Positions 8,700-18,150 of a stretch of DNA of 64,000 nt are shown in pieces; position 1 is the stretch's first letter; each line of letters starts with the position of its first letter. The DNA is from a virus. The notes beneath the pieces are model-generated. The model had not been told where the DNA came from, ran no database searches, and worked only from the letters and a program-made list of their open reading frames with translations. The position numbers were made by a program, and so were the translations under genes. The stretch lies in the IMG/VR virus record IMGVR_UViG_3300026233_000017; one strand, 5' to 3'.

Positions 8700-9638
8700 A
8701 TGCCGCAACCCAACCTTTCCGATCTCCGCGTCGTCGATCCCATCCTCACCGAGGTGGCGCGGGGCTACGGCTCGCCAAATGCCAAGATCGCCAGCATTCT
8801 GTTCCCCATCGTGCAGGTCGGCCAGCGAGCCGGCACTATCCTGGTTTTCGGCCCTGAGAGCTTTCGCCTGGTGAACACGGCACGTGCGCCCGGTGCAAAC
8901 ACCAAGCGCATCCAGCTGGGCTATGCCAAGGGCAAGTACTCGCTGGTGGATCACCGCCTGGAAGGCCAGGTCCCCATCGAGAATGAAGAGGAAGCACAGG
9001 CCGTTCCCGGCATCGACATGGGCGCCATGGCGGTCAACACGGTGCAGGACGTGATGGCCAATGAGCGCGAGAAGCTCGCCGCCGATTTGGCTCGCAACCC
9101 TGCCAACTACCCCACGGAAAACAAGACGGCCTTGTCCGGCTCCAGCAAGTGGACCGACCCCAACAGCAACCCAGCCGAGGATGTCAACGAGGCCAAGGAA
9201 GTGATCCGCAAGAAGATCGGCAAGAAGCCGAATGTCATGACCGTTGGCCCCCGGGTGTTGTCGGCGCTGCGCAACCACCCCAAGATCCTGGACCGCATCA
9301 GCGTGACGGTGGACCGCGTGCCGGCGACCATCGAGCAGTTGCAGCGCCTGCTGGAGATCGACCGCATCGTCGAAGGCGAAGCCACCTACTACGAGGGCAG
9401 CGAATTCAAGGACATGTGGGGCCTGGACGCCATCCTGGCCTACACCACGCCGGCCTCGATGCAGCAGCGGGGTTCGCCGAACTACGGCTACACGTACCAG
9501 CTCAAGGACCGTCCCCAAGTCGAAGAGCCGTACTTCGACAAGAACACGCAGACGTGGTACTACCCCGTCTCCGACGCCTACAGCCCCGAGCTGGTCGGCG
9601 CCACAGCGGGCTTCCTGTTCCAGGGCGCGGCAGCGTAA
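8700..9638 (+). CDS. Major capsid protein
   Basis: 312 aa in the expected position, strong codon bias, 'DPILTEVARGY'. Confidence 0.85.
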   Translation: MPQPNLSDLRVVDPILTEVARGYGSPNAKIASILFPIVQVGQRAGTILVFGPESFRLVNTARAPGANTKRIQLGYAKGKYSLVDHRLEGQVPIENEEEAQAVPGIDMGAMAVNTVQDVMANEREKLAADLARNPANYPTENKTALSGSSKWTDPNSNPAEDVNEAKEVIRKKIGKKPNVMTVGPRVLSALRNHPKILDRISVTVDRVPATIEQLQRLLEIDRIVEGEATYYEGSEFKDMWGLDAILAYTTPASMQQRGSPNYGYTYQLKDRPQVEEPYFDKNTQTWYYPVSDAYSPELVGATAGFLFQGAAA

Positions 9639-9643
9639 CGGCC

Positions 9644-10078
9644 ATGCCGAAGTACACCGTACTGTCGCCCGTCAAGCATGACGGGAAGCGCCACAGCGTG
9701 GGCAGCCCCATCACGCTCAAGGCCGACGAGGGCGCGGCCCTGGTCGCGCTGGGCGTGCTGGAGGACCCAGCGATCGACGCAGCCCGTGCTGCAGCCGAGA
9801 AGGCCGAAGCCGCGCGCCTGGTGGCCGAGAAGGCTGCTGCGGAGCAGGCCGAAGCCGAGCGCCAGGCAGCCGAGAAGGCTGCTGCGGAGCAGGCCGAGGC
9901 CGAGCGCCAGGCTGCCGAGAAGGCTGCTGCGGAGCAGGCCGAAGCCGAGCGCCAGGCTGCCGAGAAGGCTGCTGCGGAGCAGGCCGAGGCCGAGCGCCAG
10001 GCTGCCGAGAAGGCTGCTGCGGAGAAGGCCGAAGCCGAACGCCTCGCTGACGACAAGGCCAAGGGCGGGAAGGCCTGA
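9644..10078 (+). CDS. Head-associated protein with EAK-rich helical repeats (lambda FI-like position)
   Basis: ATG at 9644; 'MPKYTVLSPVKHDGKRHSVG', then 15-aa repeats. Confidence 0.75.
   Translation: MPKYTVLSPVKHDGKRHSVGSPITLKADEGAALVALGVLEDPAIDAARAAAEKAEAARLVAEKAAAEQAEAERQAAEKAAAEQAEAERQAAEKAAAEQAEAERQAAEKAAAEQAEAERQAAEKAAAEKAEAERLADDKAKGGKA
9824..10040 (+). repeat. 45-bp coding tandem repeat, about 4.8 copies (AEKAAAEQAEAERQA)
   Basis: Units start at 9824, 9869, 9914, 9959, 10004. Confidence 0.95.
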
Positions 10079-10080
10079 CC

Positions 10081-10416
10081 ATGCTGGACCTCGACCGCGA
10101 CCTGCGCGAGGTGTTCTACGGCGACGACTTCGCCCTGACGTTCTCCATCGAGCGACAGGGCGCAGTCGTGGGCTCGGCCGCAGGGATTCTCGGCGTCATA
10201 GACGACGAGGCCCTGGATGGCCGGGTCTTCGCCGCAGAGAGGACGCTGCGGCTGCCCTCGATGCACGAACTGCTCGAGCGCGATGTGCTGATCATGCTGG
10301 CCGATGAGCCCACCATCGGCGTGCGGGTCGGCGACCGTTTTCGAGTACTGGCCGAGCCGAAGCGCGTCAACGATGGATCTGAGATGGAGGCGCTGCTGGG
10401 CAGCGTGCAGCCATGA
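10081..10416 (+). CDS. Head closure/head-tail joining protein (FII-like)
   Basis: 111 aa, position, beta-rich. Confidence 0.6.
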   Translation: MLDLDRDLREVFYGDDFALTFSIERQGAVVGSAAGILGVIDDEALDGRVFAAERTLRLPSMHELLERDVLIMLADEPTIGVRVGDRFRVLAEPKRVNDGSEMEALLGSVQP

Positions 10417-10874
10417 GCCAGCCCCATCCTGACGTGCTGCGCTATGGCGCGCCTTTCGTGATCGGACGCACCATCTACCAGGCGCTGCAGGCCGCCCCAG
10501 GTCTGCAGGGTGCTGTGTTGCGCGACAACCCCTTGGCCGCTGCCGACCTGAAGACAGGCGGGCGGGTGCTGTTCGTGGAGGACCAGGCGGACAAGCCCAG
10601 GGGCGATCAGCCCGGCCAGCGTCCCCGACGCTCCTACGGATTCTCCCTCGGTGTCATCAGCCGGGTGGAAGCCGCACGCGAGCAGGCCCATGCCGACTAC
10701 CGCGTCGCCAAGCGTGCCGTGCTCGAGTGCATGCCGCTGCTCACGCAGATGGGCATCGAAATCGAGGGCGGCGGCATGGCCGAGGGCGAGGTGCGCTACC
10801 AGCTCGAAAACATCGACGTGGGCGGGGCGCTGGTGCTGGGCCTGTTCACGCTCGCCTACCGCGATCCGACATAG
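10413..10874 (+). CDS. Tail terminator-like protein
   Basis: 153 aa directly before tail tube gene. Confidence 0.55.
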   Translation: MSQPHPDVLRYGAPFVIGRTIYQALQAAPGLQGAVLRDNPLAAADLKTGGRVLFVEDQADKPRGDQPGQRPRRSYGFSLGVISRVEAAREQAHADYRVAKRAVLECMPLLTQMGIEIEGGGMAEGEVRYQLENIDVGGALVLGLFTLAYRDPT

Positions 10875-10897
10875 GCGTCGGATCGATTCAGCAGATT

Positions 10898-10926
10898 GCC
10901 CGCCTTGAGCGGGTTTCGTTTTTTTT
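10898..10926 (+). terminator. Terminator-like hairpin before tail tube gene
   Basis: GCCCGC-cttga-GCGGGT then T-rich run; preceded by 8-bp hairpin 10863-10884. Confidence 0.5.
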
Positions 10927-10940
10927 GGAAGGAAATCACC

Positions 10941-11717
10941 ATGTCCACCACAGCACGTGCCATCCTGGCCGGGGGCCTTGTCTCGCTCAACATCTGGAAT
11001 ACGGCCGCTCAGGCCTATGACGGTTTCGGCGAATCGCTCGACGCCGACAAGTTCGAGATCAAGCCCAATTTCGAGGAGAAGGTCTCCGAATCCCGCTCCC
11101 ACCTCGACTACGGCCAGGCCCGGGCGTCGGTGGTGCTGCCCAAGCCCACCGAGATCACCGTCGAACTGTCGGCCGCCAGCGTTGCTGCCATGGCCATGCA
11201 GTTCCAAGGCCTTGTGGAAACGGTCACGCAGGGTTCGGGCACGCTGACCGACCAGAACTTTGTTGTCAGCGCCGTGGGCGTTTGGCTGCCTGTGGGTAAA
11301 CGCAATCTGAGCGACCAGGGCTTCGCGGTCAAGCCCGCAGGAGCTGGGGATGACTATGTCCTTGGCACCCACTACGAAGTCAACTGGCTGCGCGGGGAGA
11401 TCCGCATTCTGGCAACGAATGGGGCGCCTGCGAAGGACGACACGGTACGGTTGACAGGCACCTATGCTGCTGTGGACGGCAAGAAGATCCTGGGCGGACG
11501 TGTTACCCAGGTGCGCTGCCAGGCCCGCTTCGACGGAAAGAACATGGTGGACGGCTCGCCGATCGAGGTGGACGTTCACGAATGCGTGCTGGGCGCCAAC
11601 AACGGCTTCGACTTCCTTGGCTCGGACTACTCGGCAATCACCCTGACCGGGAAGATCGTCACGCCGGCGGGCAAGACCGAAGGCTACGAGGTCCGTTTCC
11701 CGACCGCAGGCGACTGA
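10941..11717 (+). CDS. Major tail (tube) protein
   Basis: SD AAGGA, ATG at 10941; typical siphovirus tube size and position. Confidence 0.8.
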   Translation: MSTTARAILAGGLVSLNIWNTAAQAYDGFGESLDADKFEIKPNFEEKVSESRSHLDYGQARASVVLPKPTEITVELSAASVAAMAMQFQGLVETVTQGSGTLTDQNFVVSAVGVWLPVGKRNLSDQGFAVKPAGAGDDYVLGTHYEVNWLRGEIRILATNGAPAKDDTVRLTGTYAAVDGKKILGGRVTQVRCQARFDGKNMVDGSPIEVDVHECVLGANNGFDFLGSDYSAITLTGKIVTPAGKTEGYEVRFPTAGD

Positions 11718-11900
11718 TCAGCGGCGCGGTGCAGACGTCTGTACCGCGCCCATCAGCAGCAGCACCGGCCATCCCACCACCACGGTGGCGATGGCCCCGG
11801 CGCCGATCGCCATCAGGCGCTCGGAATCCAGCCACAGGCCCAGCAGGGCCAGCGGCAATCCCGCGCACACCAGTGCGATGCACCAGATCAATCCTCTCAT
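11718..11900 (-). CDS. Small two-TM membrane protein, antisense (moron-like)
   Basis: 60 aa 'MRGLIWCIALVCAGLPLALLGLWLDSERLMAIGAGAIATVVVGWPVLLLMG'; fills the tube-TMP gap. Confidence 0.55.
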   Translation of the reverse strand: MRGLIWCIALVCAGLPLALLGLWLDSERLMAIGAGAIATVVVGWPVLLLMGAVQTSAPRR

Positions 11901-11922
11901 CACCTGACCTCTGAGCGCCAAC

Positions 11923-14900
11923 ATGGCTGACCCAAAGATCAAATACGACATCGAAGCCGCCGTCAAGGGCGAGGCCGATGCCGAGCAACTGGCGAAGACG
12001 CTGCGGGATGTCGGGGATGTGCTCGAGGGCGATCTGCAGAAAAGCGCCCAGGACGCAGCCCAGGCCCTCGAGGCGCTGGGCGCCAAGCAGCGGGCGCTGA
12101 ACGAATTCGGGGCACTGAAGCTGCAGACGCAGTCTCTGTCGCAGGAGTTTGAAAAAGCCGTCTCCACCGTCGATCGCCTGGGCAACGAGCTGCAGGAAGC
12201 GGGCGGCAAAACGCAGACACTCGCCACCGCCGAGAAGACAGCAACGACTGCCACCCAGCAGGCCCAGGCCGAACTGCAGCGCAAGAAAGACGCCCTCAAG
12301 GCCGTGCGCGATGAGACCACGGGTACAGCCAGGCGCACGGACGACTACCGCAATACTGTTGCGGGCCTGAAGGACGGCATCAAGGCTGCGACCGCCGAGC
12401 TGAAGTCTCAGCAGGCCGGCCAGCGCGAAGCGGCCCAGGCGGCGACTACGGCGCAGAACGCCGAGGCTGCCCTGCGCAAGGAATATGACCTGGCCATCGG
12501 CAGCGCCGCGAAGCTGTCGAGCGAGCTGCGCGTCAAGAACGGCACACTGGCCGCCGTTCGGGACCAGATGCAGGCCGTGGGCCTGAGCACCACGAACCTG
12601 ACTGCTCAGGAGCGAAACCTGCAGGGCGCTGTCCAGCAAGTCCGCGAGGCCGTGGCTGCAATGGCGCCGGCCTACCAGCAGGCCGCTGCAGCATCGTCGC
12701 AGTCCACCCAGGTGCAGGCAGCGAACCAGCGCACGCTGCGCGAGGGCATGTCATCGATCAGCGCGCAGCTGCAGCGCATCCAGCAGATCGCCACGCTGGC
12801 GATTGGCGGTGGCTACTTCGGGGGTCTGATCAAGGACGTGGGCGCGACGGCCGACGAATTCAAGAACCTCGAGGCCCGTGTCAAGCTCGCCACGGGTGAA
12901 GGCCCACTGTTCGAGAAGTCCTTCGGCGGCGTGCAGCGCGTGGCCCTGGCGACAAACAGCTCGCTGGAGGAAACCGGCAACCTGTTCGCGCGCCTGACCA
13001 AAGCCTCGCAGGAGGGCGGCATGGCTGCAGCCGCCGCGCAGGAGCGGGCGCTGCGCCTGACGACCACCATCAACCAGGCCACGCAGCTGTCGGGCGGTGC
13101 AGCCGAGTCCGCCAAGGCTGCGCTGACACAGCTGATCCAGGGCCTGCAGTCAGGTGTGTTGCGCGGCGAAGAATTCAACTCGGTCATGGAGCAGGCTCCG
13201 CGCCTGGCCGAGGCGCTGTCCAAGGGCCTGAACGTCACCACGGGCGAGCTGCGGGAGATGGCCGGGCAGGGCGCCCTGACGGCGGAAACCGTCATGAAGG
13301 CCCTGGAGGGCCAGGCAGATGTCGTGGCGCGCGAGTACGGCAAGCTGCCGCCCACCGTGGGCCGTGCCCTGCAGAATCTTTCCACGCAGTGGACCCTGTA
13401 TGTGGGCGCAGCCGACAAGGGGCTGATCAGCAGCACGAACGCTGCAAAGGTCATCGACGCCCTGGCCGGCAACCTCGACATCCTGGTCAACACGCTGACG
13501 ATGGCGGGCAAGGTCTGGGGCGCCATGCAGATCGCCAAGATCGCCGAATGGTTTGCAGGCTGGGCCGCCAAGACGATCGCGGCCACCCAGGCGGTCGAGG
13601 CCAATAGCGTGGCCACGACCGCCAACACGGCCGCGCACCGTGCCAATGCCATCGCTGTCAACGCCAGTGCGGCGGCCCAGGCTGCAAACGCTGCGGCCTC
13701 CGCCACCAGTACCGCCGCCCAGACAGCGAATGCCAAGTCCTGGGGTGAGCTGGGCAATGCCCTCAAGGGCGTGAATGGCAGCCAGGGGGAGTTGCAGCGG
13801 CAGACGGCGCAGACCACGGCTGCCCTCGACGCATCGGCGGCAGCCAAGGGACGCTTTGCTGCAGCAGCGGCCTCGGCAACTGGAAATGTGGGCCTTTTGG
13901 GCCGAGGCGTGGGCGCGCTCACCGGCCTGCTGGGCGGCCCGCTGGGCTTGGGCGTCGCGCTGACGTTTCTGGCGCCGGAGATTCAGCGCCTGGGCGTGTG
14001 GTTGGGCGAGACCGCTGCAAAGGCCATGGGCTACGGCAAGTCGCTGGAAGAGGCCGAGCGCCAGTCGCGCCTGTCTGAGGAAGCCGCCAAGCAGCATGCC
14101 GAGGCGCTACGCCGCCAGGCTGTGGCCCTCGAGGAAGTCCGCAACCGAAGCTTTGACCTCAGCAAGGAGTCGACGGGACTGATCGGCCAGTTTGACAAGC
14201 TGCGCAAGGAGGGCGATACGGCGGCCGAGGCCATCGCAAAGATCGGTAAGGATTTTGATCTGGGATCGGCGCCGGGCATCCGCAACGCCTCGGCCGTGCT
14301 GGACAAGCTGGTCGCGGACGGAAAGATCAGCGCGAGCGAATTCCAGGGCGCCTGGGCCAAGGCGCTGGACGGGCAGGATCTCATGAAGTTCGAGATCCTT
14401 GCGCGCCAGGCCTTTGCCACGGCGGGCAGCGAGGCCAAGAAGCTAGGCAAGCAGATCGAAGACGCCATCAAGTCGGGCGCCTCTGAGGAAGTCGTCAACG
14501 GTCTGCGCCAACGCCTGCAGGGTGCCCTCGCGGCGGCCACGCGCGAGGGTGAGCGCGTGGCCGAGATGATGGACAACGTCCTGCGGGCAGCCGTGCAGCG
14601 CACGGGGCTGGAGTTCACGGCGCTGGAGGGCGGCATTGGCAAGGCGTCGCGCAGCGCGCTGAATGATCTTGATGTCGTGATCCGGGGTCTCGACCGCCTC
14701 AAGCAGCAGGGTATTGACACCGGCCGCGTGCTCGAGGCCAGCCTGGTCAAAGCCATCAACACCGCCGACAGCCAGAAGGCCCTCGACGAGGTGCGCGTGC
14801 GCGTCGAGCAGCTGCGCAAGGTCCTGGGCGACAAGGTGGCGGACGGACTCCTCGACCAGGCGAAGACCAAGGCGGTGGAATTGTCCGATGCCCTGGACAA

Positions 14901-15846
14901 GGCCAAGCCCGGCATCAACAGCCTGCGCGAGGCCATGAAGGCGCTGGGCGTCACGTCCGATGAGGCGCTCAAGCAAGTGGCGACCAGCTCACGCTCTGCC
15001 TTTGATTTCATGGTGTCCTCCGGCAAGGCGAGCGCGCGGGAGCTGAGTGAAGGCTTCAAAAAAGCGGCCGAAGATGCGATCGCGGCAAACAAGGGTATTG
15101 CGCCCGAATGGGTCAAGTCGGCAGCTTCAGTACGCGGCTTCAAGATTGAGGTCGACGATGCGGGTCGCGCGACCCTCAAGTCAGTCGGGGACATTGGCCG
15201 TTCGGCCAAGTCGGCCGGCGATCAGTTCAAGGATCTGGGGCGCACCGCTGCAGACGTTCTGCGCAGCATGGGCATCGAGGCAGACAAGGTCTCCGACAAG
15301 GTCCAGCAACTGGTCAAGCAGGGGCAGATGCTAAGCGCAGCCTTCCAGCAGAGGCAGGACAACCGCAACCGCGAGCTCGACGACTCCAAGTACATGAACA
15401 GGGGCACAACCGCTGCCCAGGATCTTGTGCCCACGTTCAACAGCCGGGAGGAGGCCGAGGCCTGGAAACAGGCATGGCTGGAGCAGTACGAGCGCGACAA
15501 CCCGTTCCGTACAACGGCTGGTCAGTTGGGCAACTACATGCGCGATCTCACCATGTTCGAGTTTGACCGGGAGCTTGACGCGCTGAAGATCCGCGAAGCC
15601 ATGGAGACCGCCAAGAAGAAGGCCGAAGGCGGGGCTGGTGGCGGCGGTACTGGCGGCGGTGGGGAAGGCGGCGGCGGTAGTGGTGGTGGTAGTGGCGGGC
15701 GCATCGACCGCATCGTGAACATCTACATCGGCAACAGCATGGCCTACCCCGTTCCCACAAACCTGACGGGCCAGCAGTCCATCGAGGCGCTGGCCCGTGA
15801 GGTGCTGCGCGTGATCGAGCAGCAAAAGATCCAGTTGGGAGCCTGA
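11923..15846 (+). CDS. Tape measure protein
   Basis: 1307 aa, Ala-rich helical; 'QLIQGLQSGVLRGEEFNSVMEQAP' tape-measure domain; Gly-rich C-terminal linker. Confidence 0.93.
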   Translation: MADPKIKYDIEAAVKGEADAEQLAKTLRDVGDVLEGDLQKSAQDAAQALEALGAKQRALNEFGALKLQTQSLSQEFEKAVSTVDRLGNELQEAGGKTQTLATAEKTATTATQQAQAELQRKKDALKAVRDETTGTARRTDDYRNTVAGLKDGIKAATAELKSQQAGQREAAQAATTAQNAEAALRKEYDLAIGSAAKLSSELRVKNGTLAAVRDQMQAVGLSTTNLTAQERNLQGAVQQVREAVAAMAPAYQQAAAASSQSTQVQAANQRTLREGMSSISAQLQRIQQIATLAIGGGYFGGLIKDVGATADEFKNLEARVKLATGEGPLFEKSFGGVQRVALATNSSLEETGNLFARLTKASQEGGMAAAAAQERALRLTTTINQATQLSGGAAESAKAALTQLIQGLQSGVLRGEEFNSVMEQAPRLAEALSKGLNVTTGELREMAGQGALTAETVMKALEGQADVVAREYGKLPPTVGRALQNLSTQWTLYVGAADKGLISSTNAAKVIDALAGNLDILVNTLTMAGKVWGAMQIAKIAEWFAGWAAKTIAATQAVEANSVATTANTAAHRANAIAVNASAAAQAANAAASATSTAAQTANAKSWGELGNALKGVNGSQGELQRQTAQTTAALDASAAAKGRFAAAAASATGNVGLLGRGVGALTGLLGGPLGLGVALTFLAPEIQRLGVWLGETAAKAMGYGKSLEEAERQSRLSEEAAKQHAEALRRQAVALEEVRNRSFDLSKESTGLIGQFDKLRKEGDTAAEAIAKIGKDFDLGSAPGIRNASAVLDKLVADGKISASEFQGAWAKALDGQDLMKFEILARQAFATAGSEAKKLGKQIEDAIKSGASEEVVNGLRQRLQGALAAATREGERVAEMMDNVLRAAVQRTGLEFTALEGGIGKASRSALNDLDVVIRGLDRLKQQGIDTGRVLEASLVKAINTADSQKALDEVRVRVEQLRKVLGDKVADGLLDQAKTKAVELSDALDKAKPGINSLREAMKALGVTSDEALKQVATSSRSAFDFMVSSGKASARELSEGFKKAAEDAIAANKGIAPEWVKSAASVRGFKIEVDDAGRATLKSVGDIGRSAKSAGDQFKDLGRTAADVLRSMGIEADKVSDKVQQLVKQGQMLSAAFQQRQDNRNRELDDSKYMNRGTTAAQDLVPTFNSREEAEAWKQAWLEQYERDNPFRTTAGQLGNYMRDLTMFEFDRELDALKIREAMETAKKKAEGGAGGGGTGGGGEGGGGSGGGSGGRIDRIVNIYIGNSMAYPVPTNLTGQQSIEALAREVLRVIEQQKIQLGA

Positions 15847-15850
15847 CCTC

Positions 15851-16270
15851 ATGAGCATTTATTTGTCCAACGGCGCCCAGGTGCTGGAGCTGCCGCGTGA
15901 CCTGATCTGGGTGGATGAGCTGACCTGGTCGAAGGTCTCTCAGAAGACCGAGCGCGGCATCTTTGGCACGCTGGTCATCGATGCCATGGCCCGCAACGGG
16001 GGCCAGCCGATCACGCTTCAGGGCGACGGCGATAGCGCGTGGATCTCACGCGCCACGCTGCGCACGCTCAAGGCCTGGTCCGGCATTCCCGGGCTGCGCA
16101 TGACGCTGCGCATCCTGGCCGAGGAATTCGAGGTCGTCTTCGACCACGGTGATGCCGAGCAGACCCGCGCCATGGCGATGCAGTCGGTCATCGAATACAG
16201 CGATCCCGAAGACGAGGACTACTACTGCAGCCTTGTGCTGCGCTTTATCGAAGCGAGCGAAACCCTATGA
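15851..16270 (+). CDS. Distal tail/tail tip protein
   Basis: 139 aa directly after TMP. Confidence 0.6.
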   Translation: MSIYLSNGAQVLELPRDLIWVDELTWSKVSQKTERGIFGTLVIDAMARNGGQPITLQGDGDSAWISRATLRTLKAWSGIPGLRMTLRILAEEFEVVFDHGDAEQTRAMAMQSVIEYSDPEDEDYYCSLVLRFIEASETL

Positions 16271-18129
16271 CCATCAAAGACGGCGACATCCGCCTGCTCG
16301 AATCCAAGGTGATGACCGATGACGCCAACGGCGGCGGCGGCCCCACGGGCAATGTCATCCCCTGGGGCAAGAGCAATGGCGTCTTCGAGGACATCACCGA
16401 GGTCGACCGGGCCGGCGGCGACGTGTCCATCCGCCAGGTGCATGCGGCGGTGCAGACCCCGACGACCGAGCCGCTCATGGACACCAACATCATTGTCTCG
16501 GCCGTGCCCAACGACCCGAATGTGTCCATCACCATCGCGCCCTGCGGCGTGTTCGCGCGTCGTTCGGAGATCGCTGCGGCCATCGCTGCCTACCTCATCC
16601 CAGGCACGGAGTGGGGGGGCTATCTGCTGGAGAACCACGTCCAGGGCCAGGCTTCAATCAAGATATTCCACCGGCCCGGCACGCCGGCGCCGACCATCGG
16701 CCGCACGCTGATCCTCGTCTACAACGAGGGGCTGGCCAGCCAAGTGCTGCAGTACGTGCGCGTGCTGCGCGCCGAGACCGAGACCCTGCAGTTCAGCTAT
16801 TCGTCCAGCGGTGGCTACACCGACTACACGGCCAGTGTCACTACGTGCGAAATCACCCCCAGGCTGCGCAGCGCCTTCCCCGGATCACCGCCGAACCGGG
16901 GCTACGCGATGGACGCCAGCAAGACCCGCATTCGGGACACCACCGTCGCGGATGCGGCCAGCTTCTACGGCGCCCAGCCGGTGACGGCGGCTGTGCAGCT
17001 GGGCGAGAGCATGCTACGCGTTGCCAGCATCTACACCCAGCTGGTGCCCAACTCCCGAACCGAGACCGCGGCACTGGACCAGCGCCCGGCCGGCGTGCGA
17101 GAACTGGTACTCGCAACCTCGCCGCGCGAGATCCGCGTGCCCAATGCGCCGCACACGCGCCGCATCAAGGTCGGCCAGGAAAACCGCAGTTTCAGCTGGG
17201 TGGCCATCCTCAAGCCATTTCCGGCGCCGAACACCCTGGTGGTCTCGTTCCAGGTGATGGGCGTCTGGTACACCGCATCCGACAACGGTCAGGGCGAACT
17301 GACCGGCTCGGCCGTGGGCACTGTCAACTATGCGAACGGCTCGGTGTCCGTGACGCTGCCTGCGCTGCCTGATGTGGGCAGTTCCATTATTTTCCAGTGG
17401 GGCGAGGCCTCGGCCTTCGTCAACCGCTCCAGCGCCACGGGCTGGCGGCTGCCCGAGCACGCCATGCGCCTGCCGCACCAGGGCATCAAACCGGGCTCTC
17501 TGGTCATCAAGTGGACCTCAGGCGGCGTGCTGCGCACGGCCACGGACAATGGCCAGGGCGACCTGCAGGGCGCGGCCACGGGTGAGATCAACTACGCCTC
17601 GGCCGCGCTGCTGCTGCGCCCGCAATTCATGATCGACGCAGGCGGGCAGTTCGCCATCGAGTACGACTATGCCGTGACGGTGAGTAAGAACGTCTCGGTC
17701 GTCCTCGACGCAGGCGGCTACGGTGCGATCACCTTGGACACCATCCCTGCGCCCGGCACCGTGTCCGTGGGATGGATCACCGTGCGCAATCTCTCGGCCA
17801 GCTCCGGCGCCTCATCCGGTGGCACTTCGGCCTCCAAGAACGGCGGCAGCGGCAAATTCAGCTACCTGCCCCAGGTGCCCCCGGCGCCTGCGCCCGTCAT
17901 CACCTCGCGCGTGCCGCTGTCCGATGGCTCGACCACGGGCAAGTACATGGCCCAGGGCGGGGCGCGAGCCAGCGGCGGGTCCGTTTACATCGAGGTCGGT
18001 GCCACCAGCTCGCCCACGGGCAACCAGTACGTGCCGCCCGATGTCGATGGCGTGGTCTGGACGGATGCCGAGTACACGGCGGGCGTCAAGTCCATCGGCG
18101 GTGTGGAATACCGGCGCTGGGGCGCCTGA
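16267..18129 (+). CDS. Tail tip protein, N-terminal part
   Basis: 620 aa with DNGQG..G..NY repeats. Confidence 0.75.
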   Translation: MTIKDGDIRLLESKVMTDDANGGGGPTGNVIPWGKSNGVFEDITEVDRAGGDVSIRQVHAAVQTPTTEPLMDTNIIVSAVPNDPNVSITIAPCGVFARRSEIAAAIAAYLIPGTEWGGYLLENHVQGQASIKIFHRPGTPAPTIGRTLILVYNEGLASQVLQYVRVLRAETETLQFSYSSSGGYTDYTASVTTCEITPRLRSAFPGSPPNRGYAMDASKTRIRDTTVADAASFYGAQPVTAAVQLGESMLRVASIYTQLVPNSRTETAALDQRPAGVRELVLATSPREIRVPNAPHTRRIKVGQENRSFSWVAILKPFPAPNTLVVSFQVMGVWYTASDNGQGELTGSAVGTVNYANGSVSVTLPALPDVGSSIIFQWGEASAFVNRSSATGWRLPEHAMRLPHQGIKPGSLVIKWTSGGVLRTATDNGQGDLQGAATGEINYASAALLLRPQFMIDAGGQFAIEYDYAVTVSKNVSVVLDAGGYGAITLDTIPAPGTVSVGWITVRNLSASSGASSGGTSASKNGGSGKFSYLPQVPPAPAPVITSRVPLSDGSTTGKYMAQGGARASGGSVYIEVGATSSPTGNQYVPPDVDGVVWTDAEYTAGVKSIGGVEYRRWGA

Positions 18130-18150
18130 TCAAAACAAGGGAGAAAAACC

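Noticed and set aside
9824-10040. Possible CRISPR array
   Set aside because: Contiguous in-frame coding repeats without spacers; no cas genes in the window.
11600-11930. Programmed -1 frameshift for tail chaperones
   Set aside because: No slippery heptamer or forward ORFs between tube and TMP.
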